Below are positions 9,102 through 17,362 of a DNA stretch of 57,457 nucleotides, in pieces (position 1 is the stretch's first letter; every line of letters begins with the position of its first letter). The translations under genes were made by a program, and so were the position numbers. The DNA is taken from the sequence record ON113172.1; one strand, given 5' to 3'. The stretch comes from Enterococcus phage vB_OCPT_SDS2. Under the pieces are notes generated by a model. The model was given only the letters and a program-made list of their open reading frames with translations, did no database searches and was not told where the DNA came from.

Positions 9102-9923
9102 ATGTTTTTCAAGAAGAACGAAAACAAACTGATTAAAGAGCTTGAACAAGAGATTGAATTATTAACTAGTAGAGAAGCCGTCTACCAACTATCCTTGGGG
9201 AGGCTAGAAATTGCTAATGAAGAGCTTCAAAAAGAGGTAGACGCCTTAAAGCTTAAAGAAGCTGGCTACAAAGAGCGTCTTAAATATGCTTCTGATAAGG
9301 AAGTAGAGGCTATTGAAATGGCTAACGAGTCCGCTGAAGAGAGATTGCTTAGACAAGAGGATTATGTTAGACTTGGTAAGAAATTTGAAGAGGTTTGTCA
9401 AAAGCTTTCAGTAGAAGAGGAGCAAAACAAGCGTTGGGAACAGGAAATGGGACGCCTTCAAGAGGATTACAACGGCCTTAAAAGAGAGTATAGAGAGCTT
9501 CAAGAAGCAATTCCTAGTAAGCCCCAACTAACAGCTTCTATTAAAGTTGATACTAAAGAGATTCATGAAATGCTTGATAAAGCCTTGCAAGAGATTAAGG
9601 AAGAGTATTCCCCACGCCTTAAAGAGGAGCCTGAGTATATTTATTGGATTGAAGAAGAAGGGGATTATGGTAGACATTTTGAGAGCGACTCCCCTCAGCA
9701 GTTACTAAGAAAGGTAAACGTATTTTATTCACCTAGTGATGCAGGTATTTTAACAATTTCAGAGGGTCTTCTTGAAATGATTACTCGCAAAAAGCATAAA
9801 GACATAATTATCGAAACTTGTTCAGAGACACCTGTGGAGTTTTATTCAAAAGGTTTTGATAAAATAGTCCAAATTAAGCTTTGCAGAAAGCTTGCTAAAG
9901 GAGTTGGAAACTATATTGTCTGA
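9102..9923 (+). CDS. hypothetical coiled-coil protein
   Basis: 273 aa. N-terminal half is E/K/L-rich heptads. Confidence 0.5.
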   Translation: MFFKKNENKLIKELEQEIELLTSREAVYQLSLGRLEIANEELQKEVDALKLKEAGYKERLKYASDKEVEAIEMANESAEERLLRQEDYVRLGKKFEEVCQKLSVEEEQNKRWEQEMGRLQEDYNGLKREYRELQEAIPSKPQLTASIKVDTKEIHEMLDKALQEIKEEYSPRLKEEPEYIYWIEEEGDYGRHFESDSPQQLLRKVNVFYSPSDAGILTISEGLLEMITRKKHKDIIIETCSETPVEFYSKGFDKIVQIKLCRKLAKGVGNYIV

Positions 9924-10146
9924 GAAATTTACTAAGCGATATATCTTAGCAGCCTTTATCATAGCCTATATGGTAACTGTTGGAGTTATCATTGGAGTAC
10001 TCTGGTTAGTATCCTTAATAACTGGTTGGGAACAGCTTTTCTTCTATCTTGGAATGCTCTTCGTGATAGACCTACTTTGGGAAACTACTAAATACGCATA
10101 TAACCGCTATAACGAAGATAAACATAAGACTTGGGAGGAACTTTAA
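9892..10146 (+). CDS. small 2-TM membrane protein (non-ATG start; the true start may be TTG about 9916 after AAAGGAG)
   Basis: Hydrophobic helices (AAFIIAYMVTVGVIIGVLWLV). Confidence 0.4.
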   Translation: MLKELETILSEKFTKRYILAAFIIAYMVTVGVIIGVLWLVSLITGWEQLFFYLGMLFVIDLLWETTKYAYNRYNEDKHKTWEEL

Positions 10147-10147
10147 T

Positions 10148-10357
10148 ATGAATTGGAAAGCTTTTAGACTAGTATCATTCTCTTATTTAGTAGCATTGGT
10201 GATTGCATTTGGGCTTATTGTAGCCATTACAGCAGTATTTGGAGGAGAGGTTACAATTGCTATTGGACGGATTTTAACAAACTTAATTCTCCTTAAACTA
10301 ATCTGGGATATGCTTCATAAAGAGTACAATAAAGCTAAGCAAGACTTAGAGAAATAA
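10148..10357 (+). CDS. small 2-TM membrane protein
   Basis: GGAGGA RBS. 69 aa, hydrophobic. Confidence 0.5.
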   Translation: MNWKAFRLVSFSYLVALVIAFGLIVAITAVFGGEVTIAIGRILTNLILLKLIWDMLHKEYNKAKQDLEK

Positions 10358-10362
10358 TGTTA

Positions 10363-10399
10363 GAGGCGCCTTGACAAGGCGTCTTTTTTATGCTATAAT
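10363..10399 (+). promoter_or_regulatory. composite unit: terminator hairpin (AGGCGCC / GGCGUCU plus U-run) whose loop is the -35 TTGACA of a TTGACA-N17-TATAAT promoter
   Basis: Read directly: gaGGCGCCttgacaaGGCGtCttttttatgcTATAAT. Confidence 0.6.
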
Positions 10400-10428
10400 A
10401 AGGTATATTAAAAGCGGAGGTAAAGGAT

Positions 10429-10740
10429 ATGAATGGATTTTTAGAAGATGGTTATTACGTTGTTAAGATGAAGTATTGTGGAGTGCCTTATGAATGGGAA
10501 GGTGTAGCAGAAGACGAAGAGGATGCCTTCGACCAAGCTAAGAAAGTCATTTCTGAGGAGCTTCTCCTAAGATATTATAGAGGCTTTGAGCAACACAGGG
10601 TAACAAGACTTAAGATAGTCCATAAGAAGGCTCCAACATATGCTGCCTTAAACTTTTGGAAAGGCGTTGCAGCAGTGTCTGTGGTAGTGTCTATTGCAAT
10701 CTACCTTTTAGAGATGGTTAGAGAATCCATCTACGGCTAA
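10429..10740 (+). CDS. hypothetical protein with C-terminal TM
   Basis: GGAGG RBS. 103 aa. Confidence 0.5.
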   Translation: MNGFLEDGYYVVKMKYCGVPYEWEGVAEDEEDAFDQAKKVISEELLLRYYRGFEQHRVTRLKIVHKKAPTYAALNFWKGVAAVSVVVSIAIYLLEMVRESIYG

Positions 10741-10753
10741 AATAAACCTTCAG

Positions 10754-10788
10754 GAGGCCTTGACACGGCCTCTTTTTTATGGTATACT
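10754..10788 (+). promoter_or_regulatory. composite terminator (GAGGCC/GGCCTC plus T6) and promoter (TTGACA in the loop, N17, TATACT)
   Basis: Read directly. Only a 21-codon ORF (10823..10888) follows. Confidence 0.55.
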
Positions 10789-10899
10789 ATAATAAACGAT
10801 AAGAAAGGTGTGTTGAACAGTATGTTAGAACGCATTAAGGGAATGCTTCGGAAGATTGCCTCTTCCAACGGCCTTGCAACGGCCTGAATAAGCTTCCTA

Positions 10900-11760
10900 C
10901 AACTTAATAAACGCTTGTGTGAATACTCCACTAGAAAGAGGCAAAGCCTCTAGGGCTGCCGACAAGCGGCGCCCTCTCTATATGTGGAATCTATTCTTAA
11001 AGGACACTAAAGAAGAGGTATCAGGAAAGGTAGCTTTAAAGCTTTTGGACGTCTATTGATGGAATGCTTTTCGGATAGCTTGTCGGAATAGCCTCGGAAA
11101 GCTTGTCGGGAAGTGTGTCGGGACGCCTTATAGGGGATTTTTAGCAAAAAATAAATCGGAAGGCCTATAATGTCGCTTTTCCCAAAAACTGTGTGAGATG
11201 GACAGTCGCGCCCCCCCCGCCCACCCTCGGAAAAGCTACCCCCTGCCCTTCCCAAAGACCCCCGCCCGCCGTTGCCACGCCTGCGCCCTGCGCCTTCCTT
11301 CACGCTTCACGACGCCTTGCGAGTGCTTCGCGACGCTCTCACGTCACGCCGTCCGACACGCTCACACAAGCGACTTCACTTAGACTCTGTCTCTTTGCTG
11401 TTAACATTGCATTGAGTCAGGGTCTTTCTACTTTGGATAATGTGTATTATGTAAACTAGCGCCTTGTTAGGGCTGTTCGGATAGCTTTCGGACACCATTA
11501 GCACGCCTCTATAATGCCTGTCGTGTGCCTGTGAGTGTGGTCTTTAGTGTTAACCTGTGGTGAAAGCTATCGGACACCCTCTCGAGCCACCTCTCCCCAA
11601 AGCCCACCACACCAGCATTCCGCAAAGCCTTCTTATTTCCTTTAATAAAAACAAATCCACCACAAAGCTTTCGATTAGGCTTCTTAGATTCGCCTTGAGA
11701 TTACGCCCCTTCACGCCCTCTAGATACCCTTCAGAAAAACCCCCATAACAACGCCCTAGA
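10900..11760. repeat. non-coding GC-rich island carrying iterons and a C8 homopolymer (11211-11218). It lies in the convergence zone between the plus-strand module and the leftward early genes.
   Basis: Repeats found:
- TTCGGATAGCTT at 11060 and 11476.
- GCTTGTCGG at 11068 and 11091, with its reverse complement at 10959.
- AGCT(T/A)TCGGACACC at 11483 and 11565.
The local GC content is far above the genome average. ORFs here are Gly/Arg/Pro-rich artefacts. Confidence 0.6.
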
Positions 11761-12175
11761 AAAAGCTTTAAAATAATATTGTTAGGCGCCCTCTCATTTC
11801 CTTTAAAAATCCCCTAGGATTAAAAGGCTTTTAATAATTGTTTCTCACATTTCCGTTTCTTTCCTTGCTTTTTTGATGGATTAATAATAGCATTTAAGAA
11901 TATTCTTTGCCTATTCCTTTACCTACTACTTTAATACATGTGTGAGAGAGGGCTTCTCGTAACGTTTCAAGAAAGAAGTTGGGTAGTTAATCATTAGAAA
12001 GCTTTATAAACGTTGTAAGAAATGCCTAGGTTAGCTGGATTAGAAAAGCATTCCACAAATTAAGATGGGCAGCCTTGAGTATTACTTTTAAGAAAGCAAA
12101 AAGAAAAGCCTTCGAGAAGTTATCTCAAAAGCTTTACTGATTCCTGTTTATTAAGTTTGAAAAAATGTTTTTAAA

Positions 12176-12478
12176 TTATTTATGTGCTTCTCTATAGTTT
12201 TTAAGAAGCGTTGGCTTGTGTGCTTTATAAGCTTCGGTATATTCCTTTTGTGCTTCTTCCTCATGATTGATTAGATATGCGCCGATTACATTAGACTTAA
12301 CAGCAATATCATATTCTTGCTTGTCGGAAAGTTTTTCCAAAGCTTCCACACGTTCCGTAAGAATAGCTTTTTCATTTGCGTTTTCTACTGCCTTAAATGT
12401 TGCGATTCCTGTTGTGATAGCCAAAGCGATTGCTAAAATTGTTAAGCCTGTGATAATGTTTTTAAATTGTTTTGTCAT
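12176..12478 (-). CDS. hypothetical protein with N-terminal signal-anchor
   Basis: 100 aa. TM is ITGLTILAIALAITTGIATF. Confidence 0.45.
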   Translation of the reverse strand: MTKQFKNIITGLTILAIALAITTGIATFKAVENANEKAILTERVEALEKLSDKQEYDIAVKSNVIGAYLINHEEEAQKEYTEAYKAHKPTLLKNYREAHK

Positions 12479-12574
12479 GGTTGAAAACCTCTTTCATATA
12501 ATTTTTATTCTTGTTTTACTATACCTTTATTATAGCATGTGTATAAGCTTTTGTCAATACTTTTCTAAAACTTT

Positions 12575-12652
12575 TTAACGATTAATTTCGTGAATACTTA
12601 CTGCCAAAGTTGCTGCAAAACTAATTAAAGCGATTGCCAATGCTGTTGTCAT
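12575..12652 (-). CDS. 25-aa hydrophobic micro-protein (MTTALAIALISFAATLAVSIHEINR)
   Basis: AGGAGGTAACAATAAAATG context is identical to that of 14171..14305. It has its own promoter repeat. Confidence 0.4.
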   Translation of the reverse strand: MTTALAIALISFAATLAVSIHEINR

Positions 12653-12734
12653 TTTATTGTTACCTCCTTTCCTTACCTTATGAATTAAGTATAACAGTTT
12701 ATTAATCCTTTGTCAACACTTTATATAAACTTTT

Positions 12735-12944
12735 TTAATATTCTAGGATATAACTTTCTTGTTCCCTTGTGGATTGATTCCAGTAGCTTAATTCTAACGC
12801 TATGTTATCCCATTCAAAAACTTCAATAGTTTTCTTGTCAGTTCCCTTGAGCTTTCTCAAAACATAGTTTTCAGCTTCTTTCACACTGTCAAAAGACTTG
12901 ATAAAAGTGTCCGAGTTGCCTTTTGTAATGTTAACAATAAACAT
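12735..12944 (-). CDS. hypothetical early protein
   Basis: 69 aa. Preceded by a promoter repeat. Confidence 0.45.
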   Translation of the reverse strand: MFIVNITKGNSDTFIKSFDSVKEAENYVLRKLKGTDKKTIEVFEWDNIALELSYWNQSTREQESYILEY

Positions 12945-13365
12945 TTTTAAATTTCTCCTTAAGGCGTTTTACAATGGCTATATTATATTCTTCTTCGGCT
13001 GCCTCGTTCCATAGGTCAGTATTTCCGAAAAAGTCTTCGGATACTTCTTCTAAAATAGTATTAAATTCTAATGTATTGTTCATAAAGTTATCCCCAAGAA
13101 TGTAATAAAGCATGTTAGCAACCTCCGAAGCGTTCCCGAGGTCTGTTAAAACCTCTCCAAAGTTATCTTTTTCATACTCTTGAATTTCTCCTAGAGCATT
13201 GAAAACTCCATACTCTTCGAGGTCTTTCACGTCAGCATTTACACCATAGTTAAAAATTTCGGCATGTAAGTCGCAGTAGTAGCCTGTGAACCCATTTTCC
13301 AAAATTTCTATAATTTCATCAAAAAATCCTTTTTCATTTAAAAATACATTGCTTTCTTTTGTCAT
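12931..13365 (-). CDS. highly acidic early protein. Candidate DNA-mimic or anti-restriction protein, in the style of Ocr/ArdA.
   Basis: 144 aa, about 30% D/E with interspersed aromatics. First-expressed position in the early array. Confidence 0.35.
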   Translation of the reverse strand: MTKESNVFLNEKGFFDEIIEILENGFTGYYCDLHAEIFNYGVNADVKDLEEYGVFNALGEIQEYEKDNFGEVLTDLGNASEVANMLYYILGDNFMNNTLEFNTILEEVSEDFFGNTDLWNEAAEEEYNIAIVKRLKEKFKNVYC

Positions 13366-13465
13366 GTTAAAAACCGCCTTTTCTGTTATTTTATTTTAGG
13401 CTTTTCAAAGCCACTTCCTAACTACAATCATTGTATCATATTAATTGGATTATTGCAATACTTTT

Positions 13466-13690
13466 TTACATTTTTTGTTCTATACTTTTCAAAATGTCAA
13501 TTAGTTCAGCCTTGCTCATGTCTTCGATGCGTTGTTTTTCAGATTCTTTATTAAAAGCCTTTACTAGCGCATATAACCAACCTATAAAAGTCCATCCGAA
13601 AAAGATATTAATAAGAATAACGCTTTTCTTATTTTCAGCCTTTCTAATTAATATTATGATAGAGGGTAAAAGATATAATAGTACAGCCAT
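13466..13690 (-). CDS. small membrane protein
   Basis: 74 aa with 2 TM segments. Confidence 0.45.
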   Translation of the reverse strand: MAVLLYLLPSIIILIRKAENKKSVILINIFFGWTFIGWLYALVKAFNKESEKQRIEDMSKAELIDILKSIEQKM

Positions 13691-13823
13691 TTTATGAAAC
13701 CTCTTTTCAAGTTTTATTTTAGGCTTTTTTAAAGGATTGCCCTAACCTTATCGAATGAGTATTTGTTACTTGTTATCTTATAAATATATTTTATTACTTT
13801 TTTAACCGCTTGTCAATAACTTT

Positions 13824-14102
13824 TTATAAACTTTTTGACCAACTTAAGCCCTTGTACATATCTTTTAAGAAAAAAGGCTGTTTATTGATTAAAATAAAAG
13901 CGTTCCCTGTCTCTTCTTCCTTACGTAGTTTAGTAAAACATACCGAATGCCGTTCCCCACAATTTAAAGCATAGAATACCCGATTTTTATTTAAGTCAAT
14001 TTCTAAAATCTCGTAAATACTAAACTGTTTCTTTTCTTCCCCACTTGTTGAAATGATAGCAACTCCGATTGCTTGTTTTTTGTTTAGTTCTTTTTTTGTC
14101 AT
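13824..14102 (-). CDS. hypothetical early protein
   Basis: 92 aa. Confidence 0.45.
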   Translation of the reverse strand: MTKKELNKKQAIGVAIISTSGEEKKQFSIYEILEIDLNKNRVFYALNCGERHSVCFTKLRKEEETGNAFILINKQPFFLKDMYKGLSWSKSL

Positions 14103-14132
14103 TGTCTTTCTTCCTCTCTTTTAACTGTCTTT

Positions 14133-14161
14133 ATTATAGCATTTGTGAAAACCATTGTCAA
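14133..14161 (-). promoter_or_regulatory. minus-strand promoter TTGACA-N17-TATAAT with an upstream AT-rich UP element
   Basis: The reverse complement reads gcgTTGACAatggttttcacaaatgcTATAAT. Confidence 0.6.
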
Positions 14162-14170
14162 CGCTTTTGA

Positions 14171-14305
14171 CTAATCTTTTGTATAAATTGTTTGGATTGC
14201 AATTGTTAACGCCATTACACAAGCCATTGCATATGCTACCGTGCTATGTCCTGTGAAAAAGCTTGTCAACAATCCGCCTAGCGCCATATAAAAAGCTTTA
14301 CTCAT
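14171..14305 (-). CDS. 44-aa hydrophobic micro-protein (MSKAFYMALGGLLTSFFTGHSTVAYAMACVMALTIAIQTIYTKD)
   Basis: Same RBS context as 12575..12652. Translated by hand. Confidence 0.4.
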   Translation of the reverse strand: MSKAFYMALGGLLTSFFTGHSTVAYAMACVMALTIAIQTIYTKD

Positions 14306-14320
14306 TTTATTGTTACCTCC

Positions 14321-14572
14321 TTACATATAATCTTTTTCAATTTGTTTTTTAGTGTCTGCTTTTAGTCCATTTTGCTTAAGAAATTCCTTAATATGTCGTA
14401 ACGTTGTTTGTGAGTATGTCCCGAAAACCTTTGCTAGTCCATTAGTGTAAATTGTCGCAACTTTTGTATCATATGAATAAAGAGAAATACCATTTTCCTC
14501 TTTTACTAGGTTAGCTTTTCCATAAAAGCTCTTTCTACTGTCGTAAATACATTCTAATTCATTCATGTTCAT
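14321..14572 (-). CDS. hypothetical early protein
   Basis: 83 aa. Confidence 0.45.
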   Translation of the reverse strand: MNMNELECIYDSRKSFYGKANLVKEENGISLYSYDTKVATIYTNGLAKVFGTYSQTTLRHIKEFLKQNGLKADTKKQIEKDYM

Positions 14573-14599
14573 ATCTTCCTTTCTTTATCTTATGAATTA

Positions 14600-14628
14600 A
14601 TAATAACACTTTCAAAAGCCTTTGTCAA
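14600..14628 (-). promoter_or_regulatory. minus-strand promoter TTGACA-N17-TATTAT. The conserved UP element (ttttaaaaaagtttattaaaagtg) lies at 14629-14655.
   Basis: The same roughly 45-bp block recurs at about 12545, 12700, 13795, 14145, 14610, 15885 and 16085. Confidence 0.6.
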
Positions 14629-14646
14629 CACTTTTAATAAACTTTT

Positions 14647-15018
14647 TTAAAAAGGTTGCACGTCCGCTTCTTCGTCACTTTCTAGTTCGTCCAATGGTAT
14701 GCCGTTTTTTACGTCAGGCAATGATGAAAACTTTTCCCGAGCTTTCTCATATGAATGCCCTCCCGCTTCTTCGTAGCCGTATTCTAGCAAAGCTTTATTT
14801 GTGGCTTCGCAAACAGCTTCATCATCTTTTGAAATGGCTTTTAATAATTTTAATGTATATGCTTGTTCTTCCGTCACACGTGCAATAATAAAACGTTTTT
14901 TAGCTTTCTTTCTTGAAAACTTGATAGACTTATTAAGCCTTTTCGAAAGTAGTTTATACGCCCATTCTAATACCTTTAATACCACTACTGTTAAAACTAT
15001 CAAAATAATATTATTCAT
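14647..15018 (-). CDS. hypothetical protein with N-terminal TM and acidic C-terminus
   Basis: 123 aa. Confidence 0.45.
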   Translation of the reverse strand: MNNIILIVLTVVVLKVLEWAYKLLSKRLNKSIKFSRKKAKKRFIIARVTEEQAYTLKLLKAISKDDEAVCEATNKALLEYGYEEAGGHSYEKAREKFSSLPDVKNGIPLDELESDEEADVQPF

Positions 15019-15397
15019 TGTCTTTGTCCTCCGCTTTCATTGTACCATGTTTTAAGAAGTGGTGAATATTTCTAAAATCATTTTCTAGGCTCATAATCTC
15101 CCAAGCGCTTTTTTCTGCTTCTCTTATTGCTGTCTTTGAACAATCTTTATAAGTTTTTGAGCGACCACTTCCCGAATATTCCACACTAGCCACCATGGCG
15201 GATTTACTTAGAACAAGGCTTCTTTTACCTCTATTTAAAGTTTTGAAAATCCTTTGGCAACTATTTAATGCCTTTTGTAATTCTTTTTCGTCAAGTCCTC
15301 CGCCTAGTTTTTGGCTAGCCTTTAAAGTGGCTAGCTCTCTTTTAAGTCGTGCATTTTCTTTTTGTAAACTCTCTTTTTCAAACATTGTTAACGCCAT
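15011..15397 (-). CDS. hypothetical protein
   Basis: 128 aa with a coiled-coil N-terminus. Confidence 0.45.
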   Translation of the reverse strand: MALTMFEKESLQKENARLKRELATLKASQKLGGGLDEKELQKALNSCQRIFKTLNRGKRSLVLSKSAMVASVEYSGSGRSKTYKDCSKTAIREAEKSAWEIMSLENDFRNIHHFLKHGTMKAEDKDNE

Positions 15398-15497
15398 TTT
15401 TTAGTATTCCCCTTTCACATATTGAGTAAATGTTACCATTTCTCGAAACTCTTTGCAAGTGCTCATGTAACTTTTATATAATTTTTCAATAGTTTTC

Positions 15498-15821
15498 TTA
15501 GACATATGCCGAAACCTCCCGATAATCTTTCAATAAAGATTGGTCAAACTCTGGAAAAGTGTTTTTTGCGTTTACCTCGTTAGCAATGTTTTGAATATCT
15601 GCTAAAATGTTATAGCTTTGGATAAGATAGTAAGATTCTTCCCAAGCACCTTTTTCATAATTTCTATAAACGCTTTTTAGACGTTTAAAAGAAAAGTTTA
15701 TCGGATACACTCGATGTAGTGGGTTGCCGTAAATGTCGTTACCTCGTCTTTCAAATTGCATTAAAACATTGTTACAAAAAACTTGCTTCCGTCCGTTGTC
15801 TAAGTCGATTAATTTCATCAT
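15498..15821 (-). CDS. hypothetical protein, MKLID-family paralog (start MMKLIDLDNG with AAGAAAGAGG RBS)
   Basis: The ORF-track extension to 15905 begins at the GTG inside the -35 box (gTGTTGACA). Confidence 0.5.
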   Translation of the reverse strand: MMKLIDLDNGRKQVFCNNVLMQFERRGNDIYGNPLHRVYPINFSFKRLKSVYRNYEKGAWEESYYLIQSYNILADIQNIANEVNAKNTFPEFDQSLLKDYREVSAYV

Positions 15822-16129
15822 TTTTAAAACCTCTTTCTTATAATTTATTTTAGTAGCTCGTTGCCACACTCTTAATATACTACTTTCAAAAACCTTTGTC
15901 AACACTTTTAATAAACTTTTTTAAAATTCCATTGAAAGGCGGTAAATTGTGCTGCCGTTTTCTTTTAATAGTTTCTTTTTATTGCCTGTTAACGCTCCCT
16001 CTAATTTACTATTGGTAAGCTTTCTCTTAATGTTTTTCCCATGTCGTCTCTTCCTCTCTTTTCTTGATGGCTTAATAATAGCATGTTAGAAAATGCCTGT
16101 CAACAATAAAATACAACTTTTTAAAATTA

Positions 16130-16788
16130 TTTTTGGCAGCTTAGACACAAAAACGGCGCTTTATATAGTAGAAACTTTTAAAAACTACTCGAAAAAGCCA
16201 TTATAAAAGCGTTTCTATGGTTTTTAAGAAATAACATACAAAAATACTCGTAAAAAGAGTAAGAAAAGCCCTTAAAAAGGCGTAAAAATGCTTAAAAAGC
16301 CCCTTATAAGGCACTTCTCGTGGAAACTGGGGGGGGGAGTAGTATAGTAAGGTATAGTAACATAACCTAGGATAACCTACAATAAAACTAACTATAAAGC
16401 ATAGGGAATAGACTATAGTAAAGGCATATGTGCAACCTTATGTAACAGCATCCATCAATAATGTTTATTAAATGATATAGAAAAGCTTGTGCAACAGCAT
16501 ATATAAGGCGCCACACAACAAATATGTGGATAGTTGTGCAGAAAGCAATGCGAAATGTGCTCAGAATGCGCCTGTGCGACACGCTATTTCAATAAATATG
16601 TAAAATAAGCGCTAATAATGGAATCCAGTAGCGCTTTTAGGAAAAACTTTTAAGAAAAATTTTTTAAATTTTTTTGAAGTTTGGAAAAAATTTTTTAAAA
16701 ATTTCGCCCCTACCTTTTTGAAAACTAGAAAACAGCCCCTCGGTATTACACTTCCGAAAGGCTGTTGATATTAATTTATTTAGCTGTT
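16130..16788. other. non-coding AT-rich island, a candidate origin or cis-acting region. It contains a G9 tract (16329-16337), A5 tracts phased about 11 bp apart (16275-16305), a DnaA-box-like TGTGGATAG (16526-16534), repeated TGTGC(A/G)AC and TATAGTAA motifs, and the palindromic A/T block 16650-16720.
   Basis: No credible ORF. Repeats were read directly. Confidence 0.45.
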
Positions 16789-17112
16789 CTACAAGTCTTC
16801 GCTTTTAACGAATACTCCGTCAATCATCTTTCCTGTACGCTTAGAAATAACACCATAAGCGGTATCCAAAGCTTCGTGAGGCTCTACTCCAAGCTGTTGA
16901 CAAAGGATAATTAAAGTTACAAAAGTATCTCCAAGGCCATCAACAAGCTCTTCTCGGTCGTTACGAGCCATAGCAGCTGCTACTTCTCCAACCTCTTCAA
17001 TAACTTTTAAAAATTGTTTCTCAGGAGCAGCTTTGTCTAATCCTTTGTTAGCTGACCATTCTTGTACTTGTTCAATAAGTGTATTAAAATCCATTCTACT
17101 TGTCCTCCACAT
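16789..17112 (-). CDS. mazG: MazG-like nucleoside triphosphate pyrophosphohydrolase
   Basis: EEVGEV...E..DGLGD motif typical of the MazG/HisE fold. 107 aa. Confidence 0.65.
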   Translation of the reverse strand: MWRTSRMDFNTLIEQVQEWSANKGLDKAAPEKQFLKVIEEVGEVAAAMARNDREELVDGLGDTFVTLIILCQQLGVEPHEALDTAYGVISKRTGKMIDGVFVKSEDL

Positions 17113-17362
17113 AATTAGTTTTAAATGTTTTTAAAGCCTGCTCCACAGTGCTGTACTCAATTGCTGAAAGTGTTTCAAATACTTTCTTATGATGCTCAGG
17201 AAGCTCGTTTAAATCAGTGATTTCCTTTAAGTGATAAGCTGTTAAAACTTCTTTTGATAATGGCTCATCATAGCCCACAATGTTATGGAAAAAGCTTGTC
17301 CATCCTTTTGGATAGTTTACAGCCATGTCTGGGCTAGTGTTTGCATAGAAATGTTTAGACAT
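17096..17362 (-). CDS. hypothetical protein (start moved to MSKHFY)
   Basis: Trimmed so that it does not overlap the upstream gene. Confidence 0.4.
   Translation of the reverse strand: MSKHFYANTSPDMAVNYPKGWTSFFHNIVGYDEPLSKEVLTAYHLKEITDLNELPEHHKKVFETLSAIEYSTVEQALKTFKTNYVEDK

Noticed and set aside
11007-11748. Six-frame ORFs (98, 88, 61 and 63 aa) inside the GC-rich island
   Set aside because: They are Gly/Arg/Pro-rich low-complexity translations of GC-rich non-coding DNA. Alternative frames overlap, and they have no RBS.
15822-15905. N-terminal extension of the 15498..15905 ORF. The same issue applies to 8269..8301, 4203..4220, 5210..5242 and 17363..17431.
   Set aside because: The extensions start at GTG or ATG codons lying inside promoter hexamers or RBS sequences. 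Internal Met codons with proper Shine-Dalgarno spacing were preferred.
11211-16337. C8 and G9 tracts as terminal inverted repeats of a mobile element flanking the accessory array
   Set aside because: Beyond the homopolymers there is no extended inverted-repeat similarity and no target-site duplication. They are kept only as features of the two non-coding islands.
16388-16582. 64-aa ORF in the AT-rich island
   Set aside because: It has no RBS, and its odd composition comes from repeat DNA. The region is better explained as non-coding.
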